Shown piece after piece: positions 1-12,300 of a DNA stretch of 64,000 bases. The stretch's first letter is position 1. Every line of letters starts with the position of its first letter. A model generated the notes under the pieces. It searched no databases. It saw only the letters and a program-made list of their open reading frames with translations, and had not been told where the DNA came from. This DNA comes from Ptychomitrium polyphyllum (Eukaryota). A program made the translations under genes and the position numbers. The stretch lies in contig OZ316776.1 of NCBI GenBank assembly GCA_973851085.1, positions 9,796,001 through 9,860,000 of the forward strand, written 5' to 3'.

Positions 1-2
1 AA

Positions 3-140
3 GTTATTCCACTCCCTCGTGCAAACAACAGACGATTCGGGTTTTTTAGGTTTAGAAAGAGGACTAAAGACAAGGAGGAAAAATCTTCCAAGAGGCTTGA
101 CCAACCTCTGGTCCTTGAATTTCAAAAACCAGGTTTGTGA
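3..140 (+). CDS. Possible 3' end (or internal exon) of an unidentified gene entering from upstream of the window
   Basis: Frame 3 is open from the window edge: VIPLPRANNRRFGFFRFRKRTKDKEEKSSKRLDQPLVLEFQKPGL*, with TGA at 138-140. A possible donor CAG|GTTTGT lies at 132/133. The composition is protein-like and CpG-containing. No family recognised; frame 1 is also open here. Confidence 0.3.
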   Translation, partial: VIPLPRANNRRFGFFRFRKRTKDKEEKSSKRLDQPLVLEFQKPGL

Positions 141-3100
141 GATTTAGATCAGGTGAGACTATTTCATTCATATTTCCGGTCGTAATTCTTACTATTGTAA
201 ATTTTTTAGCATTGGTAGCTTCTATGAACGAGATTCTACACATGTTACTACTATACAAGGACCCTTGGAATTCGCTTCCGTATCACCTTCGAGCATACTT
301 GAATAATGCAAATCCTTTGTATTACCCTCCCTTAATGAATCATTATTTTATTAACTGTAGCATTACATAGACTGCTGCAAACAGCTAACAGGTTTTGGAA
401 GTGCTGACGTATGTAGCATGGCTTGTTTCTGAAGCTTGCCCTGAAGGTTTCTTCCTTTCAGTGATCTGTATACATTGTTGATAGATGTCATTTTCATGGT
501 TTAGACAATGTGTTCTGGGATGAGAATATAGACCTAGGTCCTACAGGTATATGAGTCTTGCGGGTATAGAAGAGTACAACTGAACTCTTGGAAACTAGAG
601 TTCTTGTTTGTTTAAAAGTATAAGCACCGTTGGGAAGGATCTGTTGCGAAGAATTTGCAGTTATTGTCACAAAGCTGCTGTACCAACCTTTTTTGCTGCA
701 TTTGTAGCGAAGTTGCCTGATATTGCACTCTGCTCTCATGGAATACACATTTAAGCTTCAGGGCAGACTGTAGAAGTTACAGCTTCTGAACATGTTGATT
801 TCTGTATGATTCTGTTGAGATTTCTTGATTAATGCACTGGCAAAGTCAACTCAACTAATATTAGTTCAAGCTTTTTGATACTATAAAGGCCCTAGGTTCA
901 CTTAAGTTTTAGGAAGTAGCATGAATCACCTCTTTCTACTTCTAACTTGGAAAGTTGGGACCCAATTTGCAGTTTCTCTTTCATGTGTAGGATTAGTTAA
1001 TTTATGTACTGGGAACAAACTCTGCCTGCCAGAGTTTCTCCTCACATTTTCTCAAATTTGATGTTAGACACAGTCACAGGACCTTGGGATTTCGAAGTTG
1101 CCTAAAGTTAGAGTTAGGCAATAATTTGGCAAATGATAGATGGCTTTTGGTTCTACTTTTGTCCTGCTAGTGCATTTGGAGACAGCTCTAGGAGTCTGTG
1201 GTGGCATTCATCATCAAGAACACTAGCTACACTTATTGAATCAATGAATTGAAAGAGGAATCTAACACAGCTGTACTCTACAACAATGTGATCCTTCAAC
1301 CGAGCCACCTCATGAGACAAAGATCCACTTTATTGAAGTTGTTCCATTTGGTTGAAAATATTTAAAAAATGAAAATACACCTACAAAATGCTTCAAGGTA
1401 GGGGTTAACAAACCTGTGAAGCACCCAGTTCTACAGAAGTGTATGTTGACCCTAAATAACAAATCTTGGATTGTCTAAGATCAAAGTTGACAAGGGCAAA
1501 TTAGAAAAGGGTGATGCTTGACAGAGTTCAAAGGCAAATTAGTGGATAAGATACGTTACTACAGATTTGACTGCCTCACAAATTAGCTAGCCCCTCCCTT
1601 ATATACCTTGACAATCCATGTCATCTGTACCTATACCCATCAGAATGCAAAAGCAGACAAACTAATTTGTACTGCAGCCTATAAGGTGCAGGTGTTGTTC
1701 CTTTTGCACAATGCCTTATGTGTAACTTTTGTTATTTATATAAAATCACCTTGGATTTGGTGTAAAGGTTTTCATGAAATTTTATAAATATCTCATTGCT
1801 ACACTTGTAACTCTCCCATTACTTCGACAAGGTGACGCGGTGGAAATGCCAAAACAGTAGAAAATTGACCAAAAAAAAGTAAGAAATTCAAGGTAATTAG
1901 ATCATCTTCCACTGCATCTTTCTAAGGTGACAAGTCAGCATCTTTGAAGCCAGCCCCACAATTATGATAGAATGATTCAATTATCCACTGGAGAATTTGA
2001 ATTGTGCTGGCAACCTTGGGCCTCTTCCCGTGGAGACCAGGTAGGTGGAATCCCATTTAAGGCAAGAATGAAATGATTGTTTTTATAGGAATTCTTCTTT
2101 TTTGTTTGCTGCATGGAAGCTTGCCCTTATTGTAGAAGAAGAGCCACAAAGGTCCAATTTAGAATGAGTTCTAAATGAAGAATGAAGCGAGATGGGACAA
2201 AATTGTAATAGTTGAGTTTAGCTTTTTGTTGCATGTGATATCCAAAGATACACAATTCCATATCCACCCATGCTAGGAATTGTATGGTGGACATTTGAAG
2301 GTTTTGCAAGTGTTTTTTTTAGCATATATAATTTCTTGTAGAAGTTAAGGTTTAAAGTCCAACATAAGTTGAATCATAAATTTTTCATGAAAATTGAATT
2401 GGTTATGAATTTTTTTAAAGTGTTCTTATAGAAGCCCAAAAACCAAAACCAAGTAGTATCTACCACTTAATGCATACAAAATCACATAAATTCCATTTAA
2501 AAAACAACCATGGAGCAACCATATTCAGTACATGATTTTTTCAAAAATTTAGTACGAAATTCACCTCCTGCTCCATTAATAGTGCATGAGTTCATTTAGA
2601 TCTAATTTCGGCCCTGTTAACAACCATTCTATCTTTCCATTTCTCACCCCATTTTATGTGTGCAAATTATTAAACATGTACACAACAGTTACTAGTCTTT
2701 GCATAGCTTGTGGATATGGGAAAAAGGTAGTAACAGGCCTGCTTGCCTTACAAGGATTGCAATGACTTGCTTCAAAAGTCACCATGACATAGAAAATGCT
2801 TCCACCCATGCAGCCATGGACAAAGAAGAATGAATGATTCACACCAGCCATTGAAGAATCATCAAGTAGAGATTGCCCACTTTGGAACTGCTACAATATT
2901 GGTGTCATTGCCCCTCAACCACTCTCTTACGTCAAGTTCTCTAAGCCTGACTCATGTCATAATTCCTCCCTTTCTGTGTGGAGTATCATGTGCACTCCAA
3001 CTCCATTACATCTGCCCTTTAAATGCAATGGAGGAGGAAAAGAGCATCTGCTCCACAGTACTGAAAACACCTTCAGTAACAAATTTGCTGCAGCTACAGC

Positions 3101-3504
3101 ACAGTGAGAATCTGAAGATATCAGGGGATTTCTGAAATATTACAGTGGCCACAATAGTATGCGAACTCAAGATCCAGGATGAAAACAGCTGGGAACTCAA
3201 AATTTACAGATTGGAAACTCTGAAGGGGAGCATAAAGAGGATTACAGGAAGCTGCCATGCATGCTGCTTGCTTGTTGTCCAGTGCAGTTGTCATTCAACT
3301 TTCTGGAAAACGGCCTGCAAATATGACACCCAGGTTTACTGATGTGGGATACAGTGGAGGCTGCACAGATGATATCCTAACTTGAATGGAAATCCAGGTT
3401 TATGAAGGGAATTTGAGAGTGATTGGCAAGAGCATGGATGTCACATGACGTGGCATTGAGTGTCACATCATGTCAAATGAGTGAAGTGTATTTTAATTTA
3501 GAGA

Positions 3505-3606
3505 TTTTTTCATCCATTTAATGTAACTTTTAAATTAGTTATTTTTTGGTACCAATTAGGATTTGGAGGAAGTGTTGAGTGGAGAAACTCCCATAATTTG
3601 GCATTC
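3505..3606 (+). repeat. Dispersed repeat fragment, copy 1 (homologous to 55561-55664)
   Basis: ttttcatccatttaatgtaacttttaaattagttattttttggtaccaattaggatttggaggaagtgttgagtggagaaactcccataatttggcattc aligns almost without gaps to copy 2. Confidence 0.75.
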
Positions 3607-5199
3607 TTTGCCAAGTCTTGTGAGTGTAGTTTGAGACAGATATCTTCTTGGGATTTTGTTTGGCCATGATGGTATAACCATTTAGTAAAGCTTTAGATTT
3701 CTTCTTACACTTGCACTCTTGGATTCTCCCTTTGTGGAGTGAAAGAGAAGTTGACTAGTTTTATGGTTATTTCTTTGTTTCCTTGAGGGTTTATTTGTGA
3801 TGTTTCATGATTTTTTCTACTACTACAAATTTGATGATGGTTATGGTATATTATGTATGGTGTATGGCAATCTTTATTTACTCAATATGTATGTGAAAAG
3901 CCTTATCAATGACTCTAATTGATGGCAAGTGGTTTTGGAACTTTGTAGCTGAGACATACAAGGCAAGAATCCAAGTTGAATATTAAAATCAAAGTATTGA
4001 ATGTAGAAATGATGAACAAAAGCAAATTCTTCTCCTAACAGCATTATATATTAAATTTTTTATGTATCAAATGGATGAAATTTTAAATTTATAAGTATAT
4101 AAATTATATTAAAAATGGCAACTTTGGATGTATGATTACAAGTTTATTTTTAAAGCCATAACAAACATACTTTTGGTTACCTTCTTGAATGATCTTATAA
4201 ATTTAATCATATGAATATCATCTACAATGTAATTGTAATGATAAAAATACTTACAACATAATTCTAGTGATTCTTTTAAAGTATTTTTGAAAAGACTAAT
4301 GTTTGAGTTACTTTATGATATTCAAGAAAATAAACTACATACTATACTCTGTTAATTTGTAATTTAAGGTTCATTCTTTAAAAGATATTAGAATCCATAT
4401 GAAAATTATTTACAATTTTTAAAAAAAAGTTTCATGATTTTATATTAATGCTACTACTAAAAAACATCTTGTCTGATCATTTTTTATTTTATTAAAAACA
4501 AAAACAAAAACAAAAATCATATTATACCATTTTTGAAGAGTAGAATATTATACACATTTTACTTTAATTACAATAATGTATGATTACTTAAAAATGTAAT
4601 GGTCGTTGTTGAACAAAGTGGCAATATGATGAAGTTGAATGGATGATGGACATGCACTAAAGTCTATGTACACTCTATGTGCAACTTACTTTAGTTTAAA
4701 CCCAAATTATAACTTATCAATATGGTTTTATTTTTTTAATCTTAGATTTTTTAACGTTGTTTACACTGCCTAAGTCATGGAATAACATGAATTATGAAAC
4801 ATCACTATCATTTGATCAACAATACAATGTCCAAAATTTGAAACCATAGCTCCATCATAGAAGTGGCATTTCCTTGTGAATATGAATGCATAAAGATTTG
4901 CTTGTGTCCAAATATAGGATGTCTATTACTGATACCCTAAGTTAATATAACAAAAAGTTGATGTTCCCTGTTATGTACAAAGTAAGGTTTCTCAAAAGTC
5001 TGAAGTGAACTAGTGTTTACTGGGATTCTTCAGTCCCAGTTTACGTTCTTTTTGGCATAGATACAAATAGATACAAGGTACTGGGCAAACAGACAGTCCA
5101 CCTGCAATGACAGCTTTTTTGCAAATATTACGAAAAAACTGTAAAAAACAAATCTAAGAAAAAGTCAACATTTTTTAACACAAAGAGAAGTACGGCCTG

Positions 5200-6375
5200 C
5201 GAATTTGAACTGAAAGGGCTCCGGGAAACGGAAATTCAAACGCAAACTTAGCCTCCACTAGTAAAGACAACAGCCCAGGACCGCAGTACCACTTCATCAA
5301 GACCCATTTTCAACTCTGCCGCGGCCATCCGTACCCGTTGTTAGGCATGAATATCCAAACCCTTCTCTGCACTCAGAAGCGTCACTATCAACCCATTTCC
5401 CAGGTTTCAGAAACTCACATGTAAGCCAGTAGAGAAGTTTTCAGAGTTCATTTTTCGACCAATACTTAGTCGATCTCTCTGGATATACTAACCCGGTTAT
5501 CGATTACTTGTTTTCTCCTGTCTGCTTTCCGCCGTCGTCACGTACCTCTGCTCTTTCTCTCGCTCTGCTCTCTCTGCTCTCTCTGCTCACGCATCACTAG
5601 AAAATTAGTCAATACACGGGTCATACCAAGGTGATACTGATGTTATACCCTCCGGGTACTCGCGCGGGTACGTAGAGAAATGGACAGGATTACTACGTTG
5701 TAAGCTTGTGGGGGCTGCTTTTGCATTGTGTTGTGCTTTCTTTTCGCTTTTCTCTTCGTCGCTCTTCTTCTTTCGTTGTGCGTTGCGGGGGAGGACGGCG
5801 AAGGGAGGACGGCGAAGGGAGGACGAGCAGAAAGCACAAGCTAATCATTCCTCGACCTTGACCTCCTTTATGACACCGCCTGTTCATTCCGTCTCTTTCC
5901 CCTTCCTCTTCCTCGCGCCGTCCCTTGCCCTGTCTTTCATGTCGTCTCTCTTCTCTGCTGTTTTCACTGACCTCTTTTCACTCATCCGTCTCCAGGGGAG
6001 CTCTACTTTCAGTTTGGACTAGATTTGTACACCACCTTCGCTTCGCCTTTTTCTGCATTTCCTTCTTGTTCCTGCTTTCTTCATCTTACAGGCGCTAGTT
6101 AGGAACCGCGACGGCCGGAGACCAGATCTTCTTGTTCAGGGGAGAAAAGGTTTTACCTGGAGACTGTAATGAGGACGAGACGGTGAGGAGAGGATCGGGG
6201 GAGGATCGGGGGAGGAGAGATCAGGGTTTTGGATTGGAGTTTAGAAGTTTAGGAGGGAGTTGCGAGTTGGATCTGAGGAGAGGTGGTTTGGTATGTGGCG
6301 GAGGTGAATTTGTGCGGTTTGTGGCGGTGTTAGCTGCTGTGAAGGAGCAGCAGAGTTGTTGGAGTTTCTGTTGCA
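5200..6375 (+). promoter_or_regulatory. MOR1 promoter and 5' leader region
   Basis: CpG-rich island directly upstream of the MOR1 ATG. It has CT-rich (Y-patch-like) tracts at ~5510-5590 and ~5850-6090 and a GA-rich leader at ~6140-6370. AACGG cores lie at 5227-5231 and 5335-5339 (reverse), and TTTGAA at 5204-5209 and 5235-5240 (reverse). The TSS cannot be determined from sequence. Confidence 0.55.
5789..5825. repeat. 14-bp tandem repeat (GGGAGGACGGCGAA) x2.6
   Basis: Units at 5789-5802 and 5803-5816, plus a partial unit at 5817-5825, read directly. Confidence 0.85.
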
Positions 6376-9300
6376 ATGTCGGAAGATGAGAAGCTTCTCA
6401 AGGAGGCCAAGAAGCTGGCCTGGGAGGATAGGCTGGTGCACAAAAATTGGAAGGTTAGGAACGACGCCAATATCGACATTGCGGCCGTGTGCGATGGCAT
6501 CATGGATCCTAAAGATCCTCGCCTCAGAGAATTTGGTAATGTGCTGCTCTGCTTTGTAATGTTCCGCTTGCTGGATGTTGTCGTGAGGTTTGTAGGGTGG
6601 TGATGATTTTGAGAATTTGAATAGTCGTGCTTCTCGATGAATTACTGTCAATCTTCTGGACGCTCGGACGACGGCGAATTAATGAGTGGAGTGTGGAAAA
6701 GCCTTCTCCCGGTTTCGGCCAGCGATTTTTCTTGTCGAGTCGCTTTCGCCTTGTTCTGATAGGGCAGGTTTTTATTTGAAAATCTTGGAGATTTCTGGAA
6801 GGCCGTTGGGCTAGATAGAGAGAAAGAGAGAGAGAGTCGAGTTCGGAATTGAATAGCAATCTTGCTGGCTGCTACGATCAATATGTTTGATGTTCGGTGG
6901 ATCCTGTATGTTCTCAATTGCCAAGTGGAATATGCTAAAACGGCATGAGAGATGACAGTGTGCGCTTTAGGATTGAGCATTCAGGCGGTGATGCAACACC
7001 TCAGGCAATATGCGGTGTTAGAGACGAAAACATTAAGCTGCTAGTTGCAGGTTTTAGCTGTAGATATGCATAGAGGCTGACTCTTGAAATACGGAGGTTT
7101 CAGTCTTGTAGGGCTGGAGCTAGACAGAGTTAAATCACCGTCCTACTTGTTAGTATCAACGGCAGGTTTTTAGTACTCTCAACTGTGATGATCTCGGAGT
7201 CATCCTCACTCTAGGTCGGGCAAAGGTGTTCACTTCCAACTGTGACGTTTTGGGGTGCTTAGCGGGGCACGACTGTTTTCTGTTTTAAGTGCTTTCCTGC
7301 CTTTGCATAATCAACTGCAGGCTTGAAAGTAAAAGCTGATAGACACGTTGATTGAAGTTAGCTCTGCTATCTATTCTAGCGAATTGTGCAACCATCATGG
7401 GTTGCAGCATCAGAGTTGCAGACGACCTCCTCTGAGTTTTTCATGAACTGCCAAGCCACTTTAACATGAGAGATTATGCTTGTATTGCATAGTGACTGCA
7501 ATCTGGCGACGATATATAGTGTTCGTGTCTTGGCACTGGCCTGGATCGTTCGGAGTGACCAAAATCCATTATTTCCATTTTGATCCCAGTAAAAAAGTGT
7601 GTAATTTATGACTCAGACTTCTGGTTTCAGGTCTCTCAAGCAATCCTGTTGCTTTTATAATCTTCATACTGGCCTCTAAGCGATTAGAGTATACACGTTT
7701 TCCAGTAGGGATCAAGGTCAGATTGCATACGTGTATATTGGAGAGGTTCCATGACTGATTGAGAGGGCATCAGGGTTAAACTTCTATCAAGATGTGTGTA
7801 CTTCGCATTCTTCACTTCAAACAGTTTCGTGAGGACTGGTGAGAGTTCTAACTATCACAAATCTGGAAAGGGAACGGAGATCAAGTCTATTGAGGATTTG
7901 TGTTGAGAAGTACAGGCAGTTGCAGCACTAGAAAACTTTGTCGACCCACTGAGCTGCACGGTTGAGATGCCTTCCATGGTTTGCTTGGCATTGAGTTCTC
8001 ATTACGTCACTAATGATGGACGATATTCTGAAAAGTTAATCGAGAATTTTCTGGCGCGGATTTTCTGAAAGACCAGAATATTTTCTTCTTGTGGGAACCG
8101 AGCAATTATCCAGAATTTGATGACAGAGTTTTACTTCGATTTTTGTGTGTAATTTATGATTGTTGTTAGGTTCAAAGTGTGTCTGTAGAGGGCTTAGCTT
8201 ACGTAACCGTGATTCCAACACTGTTGGTCACTGGATCGCCAATTTACTTCTATTTTCTGTCCTCAATTGCGCAGGTCCTCTGTTTAAGAAAGCAGTAGCT
8301 GACTCAAATGCACCTTGTCAAGAGAAGGCTTTGGATGCACTTATTGCATACTTACGTGCTGCAGATACGGATGCTGGCAGGCACGTATTTCTGTCCTCTT
8401 CCTCCAGGCTGTTCAGCAGAAAGGAATGACAAGAGCTTACTCTTTTCTGTGCTAATATTGAGTGATTTCAAAGCTCTATAGTTGGTTCAATAGACATTCA
8501 GCTCTAGTGTAGCTGACTTGAGAAATAGTTTTTTGTGTAGCTCACGGATATGTGTCTTTTGTTACGAGCTTGTGAATCTACATTCTTGCAACTCTACTGT
8601 TGCAAGGTTGTTCGGTGGTTAAACGTTCTATTTGTTATTTATTTTTTGTTGAATTTGAGTTTAGTTTCCATTGCAGTTATGTCGTTGGATGGTGGTAAGA
8701 AGCCTTCACTTAATGTCTGGTCACCTTGGACGGTGGCTATTCAGCTCGTAAACTGAATCATTGATTTTATTTGGATTTTCTTCCTCCTTTGGTGCATGCT
8801 GCCCATCGGGTACACCTTTTGCAAGCACTCACGCTTTACGTAAACAGCCACTCAGAAGAAATTGGTTCTTGCAGATATGCGAAAGAAATTTGTGATTCTA
8901 TCGTATCAAAGTGCATGACAGGTCGGCCAAAGACTCTGGAGAAGTCTCAGGCCGTGTTTCTTCTGTGGGTTGAGCTTGAAGTATCGGATGCTTTTCTGGT
9001 CCGACTCCTACTAGTCTAATTCATCTACTATCAAATGGCCCTCTTCTCACTTCTCGATTTTTAATCTTTATCTTTTGACTCTGTTTAGGTTCTTGTCCCA
9101 CTGGATTCAGTAAGTTGTATATTACAGACACCGTTCTTTACGGAGTTTGGCAACAAGTTTTAAACTAGGTCGCCTTAATTTTAGGTTGTTTTAGCAGGAG
9201 TTTGCTCTTGTATTGTAAGTTACACAATCTATGGAGAATTTTTGTATAGAGGTCTTTAAGTGAGTTTTCCCGTAAGAATGCTCAGTACCACCGAGTTACA

Positions 9301-12300
9301 TTTTTGGGAGTGTGTTCATTGAGGCAATGAGCAGAAATATGTCATTTAATCGAGTATGGAAATTTGAGTACCATCATTGGAGTGAATTTTTTTGCGTCTC
9401 CATTTGACACAGGACGCCATGGAGAGAGCTGTCAAAGCAAAGCTGGCAAAAGCAGTGGTCCCCGCGATCGATGCCATGTACCAGGCTGTCAGGTGTGTGA
9501 AACTTTCTCAAAGTGCTCTGTCTTTATGGCCTAACCTATACCTCCTCGCAACTCTCCTTTTGGAAACGGTAATTAAGTTCTTATGTGCTATGACTTCAGT
9601 CAATTTGGTACCAAAGTGGTGCCTCCAAAGCGAATAATGAAGATGCTCCCAGAGCTTTTTGATCATCCAGACGCAAATGTGAGGGCTTGTGCAAAAGGTT
9701 TAACCATTGAACTTTGTCGGTGGATTGGAAAAGATGCTGTAAAAACTCTCCTCTTCGACAAGATGCGAGATAGTATGGTAAGTCCTGTTTTCCAGAATTT
9801 GTCATTTGTCACCAATTTTTCGTTCATTAATCAATCTTCAACGATTCTACGATGTTGAGCCTTATTTCCCTCGGATGATTTGCAACTGTGAGCAGGCTCA
9901 GAATGTTCTCATTTTATGCTCGCTCATTTCTTGTCACAGAAAAAGGAGCTGGAGATAGAAGTTGATAATGTTGTTTCTGGAGCTAAGCCTACTCGAAAAA
10001 TTAGGTGAAGTAATGCATTGTCCTGGTTTTTTCATTGTTTGTACTCCCGTGGAATAACTCCCAGACATACTTCTTTTGTTGTCATGGACAATCAATTATT
10101 GTCGTTAGATCGTCATAGGCAGCTGATTGTGTCTTTAGGTGGTTAGGTCTCTGGAATGTCTTTTGTAGGTTTCTTTGGAATGAATCTTTAAATCTTAGGC
10201 TTTCTCATTTCAAAGCTTTTTCCCAAATTGGACAGGTCTGAACAGGCATTAGAATGTGAGGAAACAGCAGTTGCATCTGTGACTGCTGCGGATCCTACAG
10301 ATGATGCTGCTGCACCAGGTACTACAAAGTTTTATTGTTTGTGCATTTAAGTGTTACTTGTAACTGTATGATGATGGACTACTAATATGCGGAGGGGCGT
10401 GGGACTTTTTTGGTGTCAGGTTTATCCGATGTAGATGAGTACGATCTAGTTGATCCTGTCGACATTTTGATACCATTAAGCAAATCTAGCTTTTGGGATG
10501 GAATGGTGAGTACACGCTTGTGAGGATGTGTATCCAGGCACTGAAAGTACTTCTGGTACTCTATGCTTCTGTTTTGTGCTTCAAATGTCTCTTGTTTTAA
10601 GATTCAAATAGTTTCATTAGTGTAGAAGCTTTTATGTGGCGCTCAATCTTAGCTAGAGCCACTCTACTAGTTAATTCATATTTTGTTGGAATTGAATAGG
10701 TCGTACACAGTGTCTGTTTCCTTCCTACGGTTGGTTATTCTTCTTAGCTTAATAACAAACTTTCGTTAGCCATCCTTTTACAAACTAATTAATTTCGGGA
10801 CTAAGTTGGGAAATTTAGTGAAAACACATTTATTTAAATTTTTTTGTCTTCGACAGTATCAAAGTTGAAGTTTGCGATTCTATGTTTTGATCCATGGATG
10901 TGGTAAGACGATTTGCTCTTTGGCTCTTTAGATGCGACTCTCTTCAATTTGCTCCTCACTTATCGCTGCTTTTACATTGGTGATGCTGTAGAAAGCAACA
11001 AAATGGTCTGAAAGGAGAGATGCGGTGGCTGAGCTGACGAAGCTGGCGTCGGTGAAGAAGGTTGCAAACGGTGACTTCTCAGAAATATCGCGTGTTTTAA
11101 AGAAGGTCAGTGGATTCTATTTTTGATTTGGTGTTTTGTTTCTTTTGCTTCATGTGATGAGGTTAGAAGATGTTCATGTGAAGAGGTAAGGTGGACACTC
11201 TTTGCGTTTGTTGTTTTTTTAACTCTTTGTTGCTGTGTTCTGTTGGGTTAGTATGGAATGCTTACATTTGTCTTTTTCACTTGCTACGATGGTTTTTCAG
11301 CTTGTAACAGATGTAAATATAGCTGTTGCTGTTGAAGCAGTACAAGCAATTGGTAACTTGGCAAGTGGATTACGAAAGGATTTTACATCTGGCTCAAAAT
11401 TATTGTTACCTGTCCTTTTGGTAAGTCTATATGAGTTTTATCGGTTGTCCCTATTTCCAGGCGTATGAGTATTTCTATCGTCCCTTCGCTCCAAAAGTGT
11501 CTTATAGACCACAAGCTCTCGGAACTTGGTGTTGATCTTGCAGGAAAAGTTGAAAGAGAAAAAACAGGTTATGGTTGATGCTCTAACGACATCACTTAAT
11601 GCCATACACAAGGGTGGTTGCATCTCACTGCAAGATGTCATTGAAGGTAAGTGGGTCGTGTATCCGCTCTGTGCCCCTCATATCACATGTATCATCAGCC
11701 TAATGTAATGGCTGGCGGTCATATCTGGCGGAAGTACTTCAATGTCACTGTGTTTCAATTACCAACAATTCTGTTTCACTAACAACGCTGCTTTTTGTAA
11801 TTATCTTGAGCAGATGTAAAACATGCTACAAAGAATAAAGTTCCTTTGATACGATCTTCGTGTCTAACATGGGTGGCTACCTGTATTGAGACTAGTAATA
11901 AGCCAACAGTGCTCAAGTTGCACAAGGAGTATGTCCCCATCTTGATGGAGGTATTTTTCCTCTCTGAAGTTTCCTTCATTGCAACATGTTCAAAGATCTT
12001 AAACCTGATCATCGAACTTGAGTTAGCTCTGGGTTTTAGTGTGTGCATGTAGGTACTTAGTACTTATATACTAATTGTCACTGATTCCTTGCACTGTTGT
12101 GGAACAGTGCCTAAATGATAGTTCTCCAGAGGTACGAGATGCAGCTTTTCTGGCCCTTGCTGCTTTTGCAAAGGTAATGTCAAAATCCTGTGTATTGTGA
12201 TGTGTCCTTCGCATTTTAATATCCTTAAACGTACTTAATATCCTTTAAGGCAATTATTATATCTTGGATTGTAAGTCTCGACTGGGTAATTTAGCACTAT

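Noticed and set aside
1011..1121. Two small hairpins (AAACTCTG/CAGAGTTT and TTGCCTAA/TTAGGCAA)
   Set aside because: 8-bp stems are expected by chance and are too short for a miRNA precursor.
5643..6980. Several overlapping ORFs of 64-136 aa on both strands around the MOR1 start
   Set aside because: They arise from the GC-rich promoter, leader and antisense of exon 1. They are low complexity and show no recognisable domain.
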